Source: Tubulanus polymorphus
Lineage: Eukaryota > Animalia > Nemertea
Reading direction: 5' to 3'
Length of the DNA stretch: 64,000 nucleotides
NCBI RefSeq assembly: GCF_964204645.1
Contig: NC_134034.1
Location: 1,240,001 to 1,304,000, forward strand
Shown piece after piece: positions 49,608 to 60,475 of this stretch. Under the pieces are notes generated by a model. The model saw nothing but the letters and a program-made list of their open reading frames with translations, was not told the DNA's origin and searched no databases. Made by a program: the position numbers and the translations under genes. The first letter of the stretch is position 1; each line of letters starts with the position of its first letter.

Positions 49608-52600
49608 ATGAACAACCTAGGATCTACAGCCACAATGATTTCATCGTGGGTATTTCTCTTACTAATACTGAGCCTACCGAACCCGGGCCTATCCCTGAGT
49701 CGAGTCGACTACCTGGCCCGGCGTAAGGCCGTCTTCGACGAGGAATTCTCGACTAGGATCGGGGCTAAATTGAAACTGAACGCGGCCGAAGCGTCCGTGA
49801 ATAAAATACTGATGGATGCCAAACGTAGCGAGATCGCGCAGGGTCTGGCAGACGGCAAATTCCCGCCGTCCAGACATTTTTTCTTGGCTCGAGACGATAT
49901 TGAAAAAAGTGCCGTTTTTAAAATCATCAAAATCATGCCGAAAGGTAAGGGTCACATTCTTATCTTTAAACCTTTTTTATACCTTTTTCAAAGAGCTTCT
50001 AGATTGTAGTGTTCTAGAAATCATTGATTAGAAAATGTCATTAAGAAATTTTTTTTCACTCAAAAATGCAATGAAATCTATTAAAATCATAGCGTTGTCA
50101 ATAAGTTTGTTCGGATTCAAATTTCACTGGTTTCGAACTTTCTAACTTGATCCAAATTGTACCTCTCTCCTCTCCTATCTCTCTCCCTCCCCTCGCTCTC
50201 TCTCGACTTTTTATTTCTCCATCTCTCTTTTAAGGAGCCATTCTGCACGCCCACGATTTGTCGATGCTAGACTTCCACGAGCTGATTAAGCTGGCCACAT
50301 ACTCACCTGATGTTTACATGTGTTTTACTAATGACGGCACATTACAGTTTAAATACATGAATAAACTGCCCGCTAAACCTGGTAAGAACGAATGTTTTAT
50401 TAGAAAAAAGAATATATCGAAAACTTTCAAAAGAACACCACGCCTCGTGAGAGAGAGTCCGAAAGATGACCTTCTTTCAAAACAACAGACCCCGATTTCA
50501 TAGAACAGGTATCAAAATGATCCTATAGTTGGATGCAGAAGCACCCAATGAAAACTTTGAGCTTTTCATGACCCCCCGTAAAAAGTATTGTGGGATGCGT
50601 AAATTGAATTACAGCAACAAGTCTGCAGTGTTCACGATCCTGAAATGTATAGCTCTAATTTAGATGAATTTTTTTAAGTATGGTGTTTATGATTTTACAG
50701 AATGCAGTTGGAGGAATGTAATGAAAGCTCGTGACGAGGCCGCCTCTCCGGAGGCGTTCGACAATATGTGAGTCATCTATTTGTGACAGGTTTAATTAGT
50801 AAAACTAGTCACCACACCTGACCGGCCACCAGTCACAGCACTGTCCAACACGTGACTGGTCACCTGCTACCACACTGTCCAGACAAACTTACAAGCTAAC
50901 TGTATCAAGCATGTATGGTCTGGTGGTTAGCATAGTTGGTTGGCATGCTTGTGGTCGCAGGTTCGAGTCCCGCTTTGGGTTGCCGACGACCTATGGTTTA
51001 TGGCTATTGGGTCGCAGATTCGGTTACGGTGAACCCAAAATCTAATCATCATTTTATCATTATCCCGTGACAGGAAATTTGAACGTATGAAGTAAATACT
51101 TTTTAATCAGTTAGAATCTGAAATATCGGCGATTCATTTTTATCGTTATTTGTTCGACATTTTGTTGATATTTTGATATTTTTATGAAAAATGATTCAAC
51201 GTTATCGCGCACCTGTTACAACAGGCCCGTTTCCTGTGATTAGAATAGATTATTCATAATCAGATCAATTAGTTGCTAAATTTTCCTTTTCACGTTATAA
51301 GTTTTTTACTCCTTTTTTTCTGAATTTATCAACCAACAGGTTGTATAAGAAAATTGGTGCCACATCAAGTTCGAATCCCGAGAATGCAATATAAATTTCA
51401 TTTCTATAATTTTCATAAGCATCACGCAGCTGTACAGAAAACCCGTTATCGTTGCTTTGCGGCTATATTTATTCTTTTCTCCTCGTTTTTCATAAGCATC
51501 ACGCTGCAATGCAGAAAACCCGTTATAGCTGCTTCGCGGCTATATTCATTCTTTTTTTCTTAATCAAATAACTGTCAGGTTGTATAAGAAAATGAGTTTG
51601 GAGACGCCCAACCCGCAGAAACTGTACCCGACGATAAACGCCGTCTGGAAGCGGTTTTTTAACGTGTTTCTATCGATTGGTGGATTGGTACATTACAAAC
51701 CGTTGACGGCTAAATTTCTGGAGGCCGCTTTCAAGTCAGCCGTGGAGGACAATGTGCAATACATGGAAGCGAGATCCCTTTTGACCAAGGTGAAAAATAT
51801 GAAAATACTTATAGAACTTTGGGTTTTCTTAACTTCTTGACTTTTACTTGTACTTACTGATAAGATACCGAAAACTGACCAGCTGCACAGTCATGTCTAA
51901 GTTCATTTTCGTTTTATAGTCAATACCAGTCTGAACTAACCTTGTTTCTAAAGCAAATCTAAAAATGTAAGATTTTTTGATTTAAGACACGAATGTGCAA
52001 CTTGGCCTACTCGGCTTCACGGCAATTATTCCTCACTTACTCGGTAGAATATTGGACCCAGTCCGACGGTTAAGAAAAATTACTATAATTCTAAATTTCC
52101 AGACTTATAACATCGACGGTTCGTTGAACAGTCGCGAGGAATCGTTGGACATTTTACGTTTAGCCACTCAGGAGTTTGTAAAAGATTACCCGAACGATTT
52201 CGCCGGGTTCAAGGTCATTGGCTCGGCGATTCGGTACGTAGCAGTCACGTGACCGACACGCGAATGATAAAGATTATTGATTTGCATATGAATTATTTTT
52301 CTCGTTATTTTTGAAATTGCAGAGCTCAAAACGCGTCGCTGATCGGTGACCGGGTGAAAGAGGCGATCCAATTCCGTCAGAAATACCCGTCGTTCTACGC
52401 CGGATTTGACTTGGTCGGTCAGGAGGACCCCGGACATTCGCTGCTCTATTTTCTCGATGATCTGTTATTACCGTCGCAGATGAACCCACCAGTCGATCTA
52501 CCGTACTTCTATCACGCCGGCGAGACCAGTAATCTAGTTACCTTCTCCCTATGACATCATCAAATAGACCCTTCTTTAACAGATCGTCTCCATAATCTTC

Positions 52601-53500
52601 TTATGACATCAAATTGTCTACTAGTGATTTAATCTATGGACACTTCTAGAACAGATATCTGCCACCATAAATCCCCCTATGACGTTATCAATGATACTGT
52701 TTTGTTTCAGATTGGACCGGGTAGGATGTCCGCCTCCATGAATCCCCTTATGACATCACCAATGATACTGTTTTATTTCAGATTGGAACGGGGAGGATGT
52801 CGATGATAATATGGTTGACGCTGTATTGTTGAATACGTCACGTGTTGGTCACGGGTTCGCCATACTTAAACATCCGTTCGTCGAGAAATCTATTCGAGAA
52901 AAACCGATCGCGGTCGAGTTAAATCCCGTGTCTAATCAGGTGAGAGAGGTAGAGAGAGGTAGAGAGAGATGGAGAGAGGGGGAGAGAGGGGGGAAGGTCG
53001 GAGACAGGTGAAGAGAGTTGCTGAGAGGTCGGCTCAATAAGTGTCTGAATTAAGGTGTATAAATATTTTGTAGGTGTTAAAACTGGTGGATGATTTAAGG
53101 AATCATCCGGCCTCGGCTTTATTCAGCACCGATTACCCGGTGGTCGTGTCTTCTGATGATCCAGCGATCTGGGGAGCTTTACCGCTATCTCACGACTTCT
53201 ACATGGCGTTCATGGGCTTCGCGTCTGCCGAGGACGACCTCAGATTGTTAAAACAACTAGCCATCAATTCGATAAAGTAAATAATATCCAAATATTAGAT
53301 TTAATATGAAATTAAATAGGCTAGATTTTTAACTAAATTTTGTCATCACTCTTGAAATTTCTCTTTTTCTAAACGTGCGCAGATACAGCGCAATGAGCGA
53401 TGAAGAGAAGGTCAACGCGTTTAGACTTTGGCAGACGAAATGGTCGCAATTCATAGACAAAGTTTTAGCTGAAAATCGCTTCAACCAACAAATTAACTGA
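49608..53500 (+). CDS. ADA2: Adenosine deaminase 2 (CECR1/ADGF family), copy 2, 525 aa, 9 exons
   Basis: Exons 49608-49944, 50235-50381, 50701-50767, 51579-51789, 52103-52233, 52323-52528, 52782-52939, 53074-53276, 53383-53500 (1578 nt); exons 1-8 have the same lengths as in copy 1; catalytic motifs intact. Confidence 0.95.
52530..52781. repeat. ~79-bp satellite in ADA2 copy-2 intron 6, including a 71-bp duplication of the splice acceptor
   Basis: aatgatactgttttgtttcag-attggaccgggtaggatgtc vs aatgatactgttttatttcag-attggaacggggaggatgtc. Confidence 0.85.
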
Positions 53501-54507
53501 AACAGATCACCACCGACACACCGACCCTCCATATAGCACAGAGATTCAGCAATATCAGAACGACATCGTCATTCGATGTACAAAAAAGTCTTATTTATTT
53601 TTCGACCGTTGAAAAAACAATTTATCTCCTTTTTGTGCAAGTGTCAATCATTTTTTTGTGTAATTAGCATATCGCATTTCGAATAAACCCCGCCCCGTAT
53701 TCATGACTAACTAGAAGATTTGTGCTTTGAAATGTATTCAAATATATATCATTTGCATCTCATTAATTTTTCTTCGCGTTTTTATTGTTGTTTTAAGGCT
53801 CGGAATTAGAAAGAGGTTTGCTGAACCAATTTCTAGTGGAGCAATTCATCCGATATCACCGTGCAGCTTAAAACTAAATTTATCTCTGCTTTCACAAAGT
53901 TGTAGTCAAAATTGTGGTCGTGGCAGATCTATCATATTGTAATCATCATTTTATGTGCTCCTATCCTCTGGTTGATCGTGCTCAAGACGAACTAACATAA
54001 TCCTTTCACGGACCACTCATGCGCAATCTATAGATTGACCGGAAAGGTCAGTTTTTGATTGTTCTGGTACAAAACAGTTTATGGCGCGTACGACAAAAGG
54101 TCACGTTATGACGTGTTGACGGTTCGGTGGACTCAGTTCTATACACGAGAATTTTACAATGAAACAACGGCAAGAATGAATGTTTTTCCTAGGAGAGACG
54201 CGTCGATACGCTCCATAGCCCGATTCCGGGCATACTCACTCATATATATTTCAGCCTGTTGCACATATTGATATTCATTTTATGTTCTGTGTACAAGAAA
54301 TTGATTAATTAATGACTCATTCACCTGATGAAGCTTCTAAACATTAGAAGCGAACGCTCGTGCGTCAAATAAATAGTTAACCCATACTAACCTAGTACTT
54401 CTCATCCCCTTGCTCATTTTAAACCAGGTTAACACGGCTACTCTACGAATATTCTCAAGAAATTCATTATATATAGTAAGATAATAATCATATCGAAATC
54501 GTCACAG

Positions 54508-54574
54508 TTCGTGGGCTTCGTGTCTGCTGAGGATGCAACTGAGGATTGTTAAAACAGCCATCAATTCGATAAAG
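54508..54574 (+). pseudogene. ADA2 exon-8 3' end relic
   Basis: gtgggcttcgtgtctgctgaggatgc...gattgttaaaacagccatcaattcgataaag aligns with 53209-53277. Confidence 0.8.
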
Positions 54575-55133
54575 CTCATTAGGTTTTAATTTTCTAAAGG
54601 GCGCTGTAGCAATGTAACCACATTCCGTTTGTCGGCTTCGAACGAAATTTACATTAAAAAAAAACATTTCATTATTTTTTCATCTAAAAGAAAATAATCA
54701 TTCGCTGAAAGCGGCTATCGACAAGGCTTTTGTGTCAAATACATTTATCAGCTTTATTTGATCGTTAGAAAAAATATCAAACGTTTAAAACTAACATCTT
54801 CAAAAATCTACGACACAACATTTTTTCGCTCAATATTCATAACATCGCGAAATCGAGGTCGACCTCCAATTTGTCGATGTCATCTTCTAACGCCTGCATC
54901 ACGTGATAGAAATTTGAATTCGAATCTTGTGACGTCGTAGTATGGCAGTTAGTGTGCGCTGAAGGAAAAGATAACAACAACAACAATGAATCAGATACTT
55001 TTGTATATGTGAATATATAACTGCCAAATTTGGAATTTTACTGGACCATGGGTTTAGATCCAGATCCCAGCACAAAGAGCACGTGATTCCGCCGAGATTT
55101 TCCAGCGGCTTCCCCCCTATTACCCCCCCCCCA

Positions 55134-58100
55134 CTATTGCGAATATTTACGCTGATGTAGCAGACGACTGAATTCCAGAGTTGTATCGGTTTCAATCGCC
55201 GATTGTTGGGACGATGGCACCGGACTGTCGTCGTGGTAACAGATTTTCACGTGTTGATTCCGTTCAGCGCCGGTGGTGGCGCACCTAGCCGCGTTACGGC
55301 AATCGGTTTCCATCGTTTCCAGCTCGACCAACATTTCATCAAGGTCGACATCGCTAAGGTCAAGGGCGTTGGCCTTATCTGATAAATAAACAAGTTTGAT
55401 ACAAAAATCAGGTTCAACTTGTTTTAGACTCAAAGATTGATATCTTGTTTCTCTCGTTTCAGCTGAGCTTAAGACTGACCCAGCCGGTAACCTATTTATA
55501 TACCCATACTACCAAACTTACAATAACAGACCAGGCAGTTATAGAAATGAACTGATTACAAATTTCATTGCAGTTTACAAAATTACGCGGCCGATTAGGA
55601 GGAACGTGGAATTATTTCATTTCAACCGTAAAATCATAAAGTTTTTTCTTTTTTAAACTAAGATTTCGAAACTAGTATCACTAGGAGAACTACCCACCGA
55701 AGTTCTCTTCCTGTTCCGCTTCACCCGCCGCCTGCCTGCTTCCCAATCTGCTGCTGACGTCATCATCTACGTCACTAGTCTCGGTCAACGTGTATCGACG
55801 TTCAGTCAGGTATCGTTCGTACGCCAATAGGTGGCGTGTGTAGCATACTTTGACCGCGTGACCGCGACCCGGTTGAGTAGATCCGGTCAGTAGGTTGAAT
55901 ATCTTACTCCAGCCTCTGTTCTCAGTGACCTAGATTTACAAATTCGAAATGAAATATCGGAGTCAGGTACCGGTAAATGCTACTATGGCAAGTGAGGATC
56001 TACCAGGTGTCGCTAGTTCGCAGTAGGACATCAACTACTGCGGGAATTGAGGATTCGACTCGTGGCAAGTGAGGATTCACCAGGTGTCGCTAGTGTGTAG
56101 TAGGACATCAACTACTGCGACAATAGAGGATTCGACTCGTGGCAAGTGAGGATTCACCAGGTGTCGCTAGTGTGCAGTAGGACATCAACTACTGCGACAA
56201 TAGAGGATTCCACTCATGGCAAGTGAGGATTCACCAGGTGTCGTTAGTGTGCAGTAGGACATCAACTACTGCGACTATTGAGGATTCAACTTGTGCAAGT
56301 GGGGACAAGCTAGTAGTTGGTCAGCTATCCGAACTTAGTCGATAGGTACCCTGAAGGGTGATGGAAGATGCCCTTACCTTACTGTAACCCCCTCTATCAA
56401 CGACCAGTAAAAACAGTTGACACAAACTGATATCTCGATTCTGCCATTTCGGCGGCGTGTGGTTCGTTCTGAAACCGCGTCTAGTGCTGAATCTCTGTAG
56501 ATCATGTTTGAACGCTTGTTCGTTGTTGCGGTAACTCTGCAGCGGCGGTGGAAATATTGAAAATGATTATTTACTAAGTGTAACGTTTCGTATGAAATAC
56601 GTCGAGCAATTATTTCACCTGAATGTTGATGGTTGAAATTTGAGTTGAGTTTTCCTCTCCGTCTTTCGTCTGCCCAAGAGGGGACCAGTCTGTCGTCTTC
56701 TCGCTTGGAAGCCCGTCTCTGGTTTGCCCACTCGGGAACCAGTCTCTCGTCTGCTCACTTGGGAACCCGTCTTTCGTCTGCCCACTCGGGAACCCGTTTC
56801 TCATCTGCCCACTCGGAAACCCGTCTCTCATCTGCCCACTCAGGTCCAGCCCTTCAGTTCTCTGCCCGTTCAGCTCGACTGCCAGCGCCTGTTCCGATGA
56901 TGATCTTGCCGCTTCAGATTCATCTTCATACGGATTTTCTGGAAAAAAAAACGATATGCTTTGACCAAAAGGGCTTTAGCTCCCACTAATACAAATCAAT
57001 TTCTGGATACCTTTGAAGATGGTTTTGTCTAATCGTTCTTCCGTTGACAAATCGATCCACGATTCTGCCTCTTTCATTGCGCTGTCAACTTTCTGTTTTT
57101 TATAGGTCTGTTTGCTTCTTAATTTACGTCTGCCCTAAATAAATAAATGCGAAAGAACCGAACCGAACTCATCATCACAAATCAAAAGAACACAACATTG
57201 AACTTTCTCCTTAATGCGGTTCCTGGGCTTTTTACTACCACAAACAACCGCTGATAGTTCAAGACTTACCGCTAATGATTTCTCAGAAATCGGCGCTATT
57301 TTTCCGTAGGGTTCCACGTTTTTCGCAGTAACCCAACCATGAGTGTGCGGCTCGCCGAAATATTCCACGTGATACCAACGAGGAGTCCCGCCCACCAGAG
57401 TGACTGACAGGTCACAGGCCGGGTCCGGGCTGATTATTGCTGGCCATCTGAAAAAAAATATAGAGCCGATGAAAAAGTTTCAAGTTATGAGAGGGAGCGA
57501 GTGGAGGGCTCAGAGATTCACGATAGTTCCCCGATTTCTTTATCTTAAAATAAGGGATTGACCCTGTTAATTATTTGATTGGTAGATTGTTAGGTTGTTA
57601 TGATTTGGTGTCCCTTACAGGCCCACCATTCTTGCCGGGAACGAAACATGGGGTTTGATCATTTGAAATCGGAAATCGTAGTACAGATGAAACAGTTTTG
57701 TGATCGGCGGTCGATTTTACAGGGATTCAGTTCCACAGTTGTGAGTCAGAGTTAACTCTGAGTTAAAGTATGTTCATTTTCAATGAGTTAACCCAGAGAC
57801 AAATCTTAACTCAGAACTGTGGAACTGGACCCTGAAGTTCACCCATTACTTACTTGCAGTAACCGGTCATTTTAGCCCAGACGATCGTCCCTGCCGCTAG
57901 AACCGACTCGACGTATCTCAATCCACATCGTTTCATCAGTTTCTCGTAGACAGAGAAATCATCCTCCGCGCAGTCGCACGAGTTACGTGTCGAGTCTGGA
58001 TTCATCCGACAGAACCAGCGGTCATCGTCTGCCAATCCGGCCGCCGTCGAGCTGCATATACGCCGCCATTTGTGACAGTTCGTATCGTCGCATTGGATCC

Positions 58101-59130
58101 AAGTTTCATCGGCTAACTGAAATATTAAGTACGCAGGAGATACTATCAATCGCTAAGTCCCGACCATCGTGACTAGACTTCCTACGAAGGAGTGGTAAAT
58201 TCTATTGGCTCGTGAAACTAAGGTGTGAGACCCAGGACCCACTTCCACGAGATCGAGCACAAGACTTCGTCTCAAGATTAATAGTTTACCGTTAACTTAT
58301 AGAAAATGCAATTTCGAATCAAACCGACAAACGAAACTAATATTAGTCGTACTCGGTTTCAGTTCAACAGCTCGGAGTTCTAAGTCCTGTTTAAAAGACC
58401 TGTTTTAACTTTGGAACCCACGAAAAACACACGGGTATTCATTGTGACCTACGTACCACACATGACCGGTCACCGAAGTCACCACACTGTCACTGACCAG
58501 ACAAACTTACTAACTGAGAGTGAGGCAGACACAGTCTGGTCTATGGTCTAGTGGTTAGCATGCTCGGCTGTCGTGCTGGATGTCGCAGGTTCAAGTCCTG
58601 CTAGGGTTAGGGTTGTGAGCGAGCTAGGGTATAGGATTGTATAGCATTTGGCAAACTCAAATGGCTGAATGCTGGGCACTGGGGCCCAGATTTTTTCTTT
58701 TATTCTCATTTGCAGCTTAATTGTTCAATTCAACTAATTAGCCCACTGGTTACGTGGGTTTGGGCTACTGTGAGCCTCCAACCGTGTTTCAGAGACTAAA
58801 ACCTACCCTTTTAATCAGTTCATCGCGATTAGTTTTTGACATTCCTAAAAGAGGTTCGGTTTTTCGTCCATTCTTTTTGCGTGAATCAGTTACAAAACCG
58901 CTTAAAGGTATTGGCGACTGTCTCTTTCTTCGATTCGGGAGTGATTTCAGGGGCATTTTTGGGCCTTTAGCTTCATCGTCGGTGATCTGAGACGTGGGAC
59001 CTGGGCCGGGCCCTGCTGCTGGGCAGGTAGTAAGGCGTTGAGATAAAACATTAGCGATAAGCTCAATTTTAGAGCCGCCTCCGTGTTGTTGTTGCGCAAC
59101 CTTCGGAATCGATGGCGATTCGTCCGACAT
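55134..59130 (-). CDS. ZCWPW-like protein: zf-CW + PWWP + 9-aa repeats + ARID, 614 aa, 8 exons
   Basis: Exons 59130-58807, 58116-57854, 57447-57270, 57134-57011, 56938-56619, 56536-56378, 55929-55698, 55378-55134 (1845 nt). CW: WIQCDDTNCHKWR...WFCRMNPD...SC; PWWP: IVWAKMTGYCKWPAII...YHVEYFG...HGWV; ARID: FKHDLQRF...RG...P...LCQLFLLVVDRGGYSKV...W..I...YTRHLLAYE. Confidence 0.85.
55985..56300. repeat. 77-bp satellite (reverse orientation), 4 units, between the two ARID exons
   Basis: ggcaagtgaggattcaccaggtgtcgctagtgtgcagtaggacatcaactactgc units. Confidence 0.9.
57722..57832. mobile_element. Solo ~110-bp MITE, TIR GGG.TTCAGTTCCACAGTT / AACTGTGGAACTGGACCC
   Basis: Terminal inverted repeats; same family as 28871-28977. 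Confidence 0.7.
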
Positions 59131-60475
59131 CTTAATTGTGCAAAACCTATGCAGATTTATGGAATTATCCGGATTAAGACGGATTAAAGAATTGATTAGG
59201 GTTCTTCACACATGGCTGACTTCTACCTATAGCCACGTGGTGAACTACGATACGCCAGATCGCGGGTTCGAATCCTGAATTACCGTCGGAAATACGGAAG
59301 CTCTGAAGGACAAACTACTTCAAGCGCAATGCTTATCGATGCTTATCGTATAATCTTGCTTGATCGTTATTTGAGAAATAAGGGTCCTAGAAATAATGAA
59401 TGTTTAGCGGTTATTAGTAGTGGGATTCGGCCCTACATTCAAAATTGCATAAATTGAACGTAGCGCATAGTGTCTCAATGTTCTGAATTAAATAATTATA
59501 CGAATGCAATGCTTTTAGTTTTATTATATAAAAGAGTGTACAAAAAAATCATAAAATCTACAAAATATTTTTCATGCGCGGTTTAACTAAACGAATATTA
59601 CGGGATTCGAGCCCACAAATGCGGAAGCAAATCTCTCAATGCGGAAGTAAAAAAAAAAACAACAAAATTTGCAATTTTGTTCATGTCTTGTAAGTCTTAT
59701 TTTTTCGACCCTGCTGATTCATTCATCGTTCGCTTGAAAGGTTCCAAATAGCTGGGGAGGTTCAAGCAGTAAAGCCTCACAAAATATCGGCTCACTGCCT
59801 TATGGCCTAACCTAAAGCAACAAAACTGGGAAAACGTTTGCCCTACTCATCTCATTCTCAAGAAGGCTCAAGGTTCATTTGTTTTACTATGAATGACTGC
59901 AGTTTAGGTCGGAGTTTTATGTACTTACCATGAACGATCTTAGTGAAGTTTTTGGGTGAATGAATAGTAGCTTAGAATCTAGGAATTTTACAATCCAAAT
60001 TCGCCTACAAACCCGCACCATAGTCACCACACCTGCCGGGAATGGAATGGTTGGTTTGATCTTTCGAAATCGGAAATCGAAGTACAGATATAGTTGTGTC
60101 ATCAGCGGCTGAATTAACGGAATTTGTCGCAACCAGTACCTAACCTAACCCTAAATCCTTCACTATTGCAACACGACCTAAAACATGACCCTCATCCTTC
60201 ATTATTCACTAGTGCCACAATTTTCGAAGGCGACCTTCAAGTTAAACTGCAATTAGTCATAATTGTCAGTACAATTTCAGGCAAAATGCTCTATCTATGT
60301 TTCAGGGATAGACAGGGAAGTTAAAGATCATGATGAAAATCTACTAAAAGCCGAATTTGTATAAATTGCGAAGACCGTCTCGGGCGGAGTTAGTCTAGTA
60401 TCTAGCCGTTGTTCCCAAATAAGTTGCAGTAGGGGAACCGTCTGATATTCAGCGGACTGTGCCGAGTATTACAAG

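Noticed and set aside
14988-53500. ADA2 pair as an uncollapsed haplotype artefact
   Set aside because: Opposite orientation, unalignable introns and different TE insertions argue for paralogy, though read-depth confirmation is still needed.
58540-58610. tRNA gene candidates (also 19125-19195, 50915-50975, 59230-59280)
   Set aside because: Only A/B-box remnants with no full cloverleaf that I could fold; treated as SINE-like. tRNAscan-SE would settle it.
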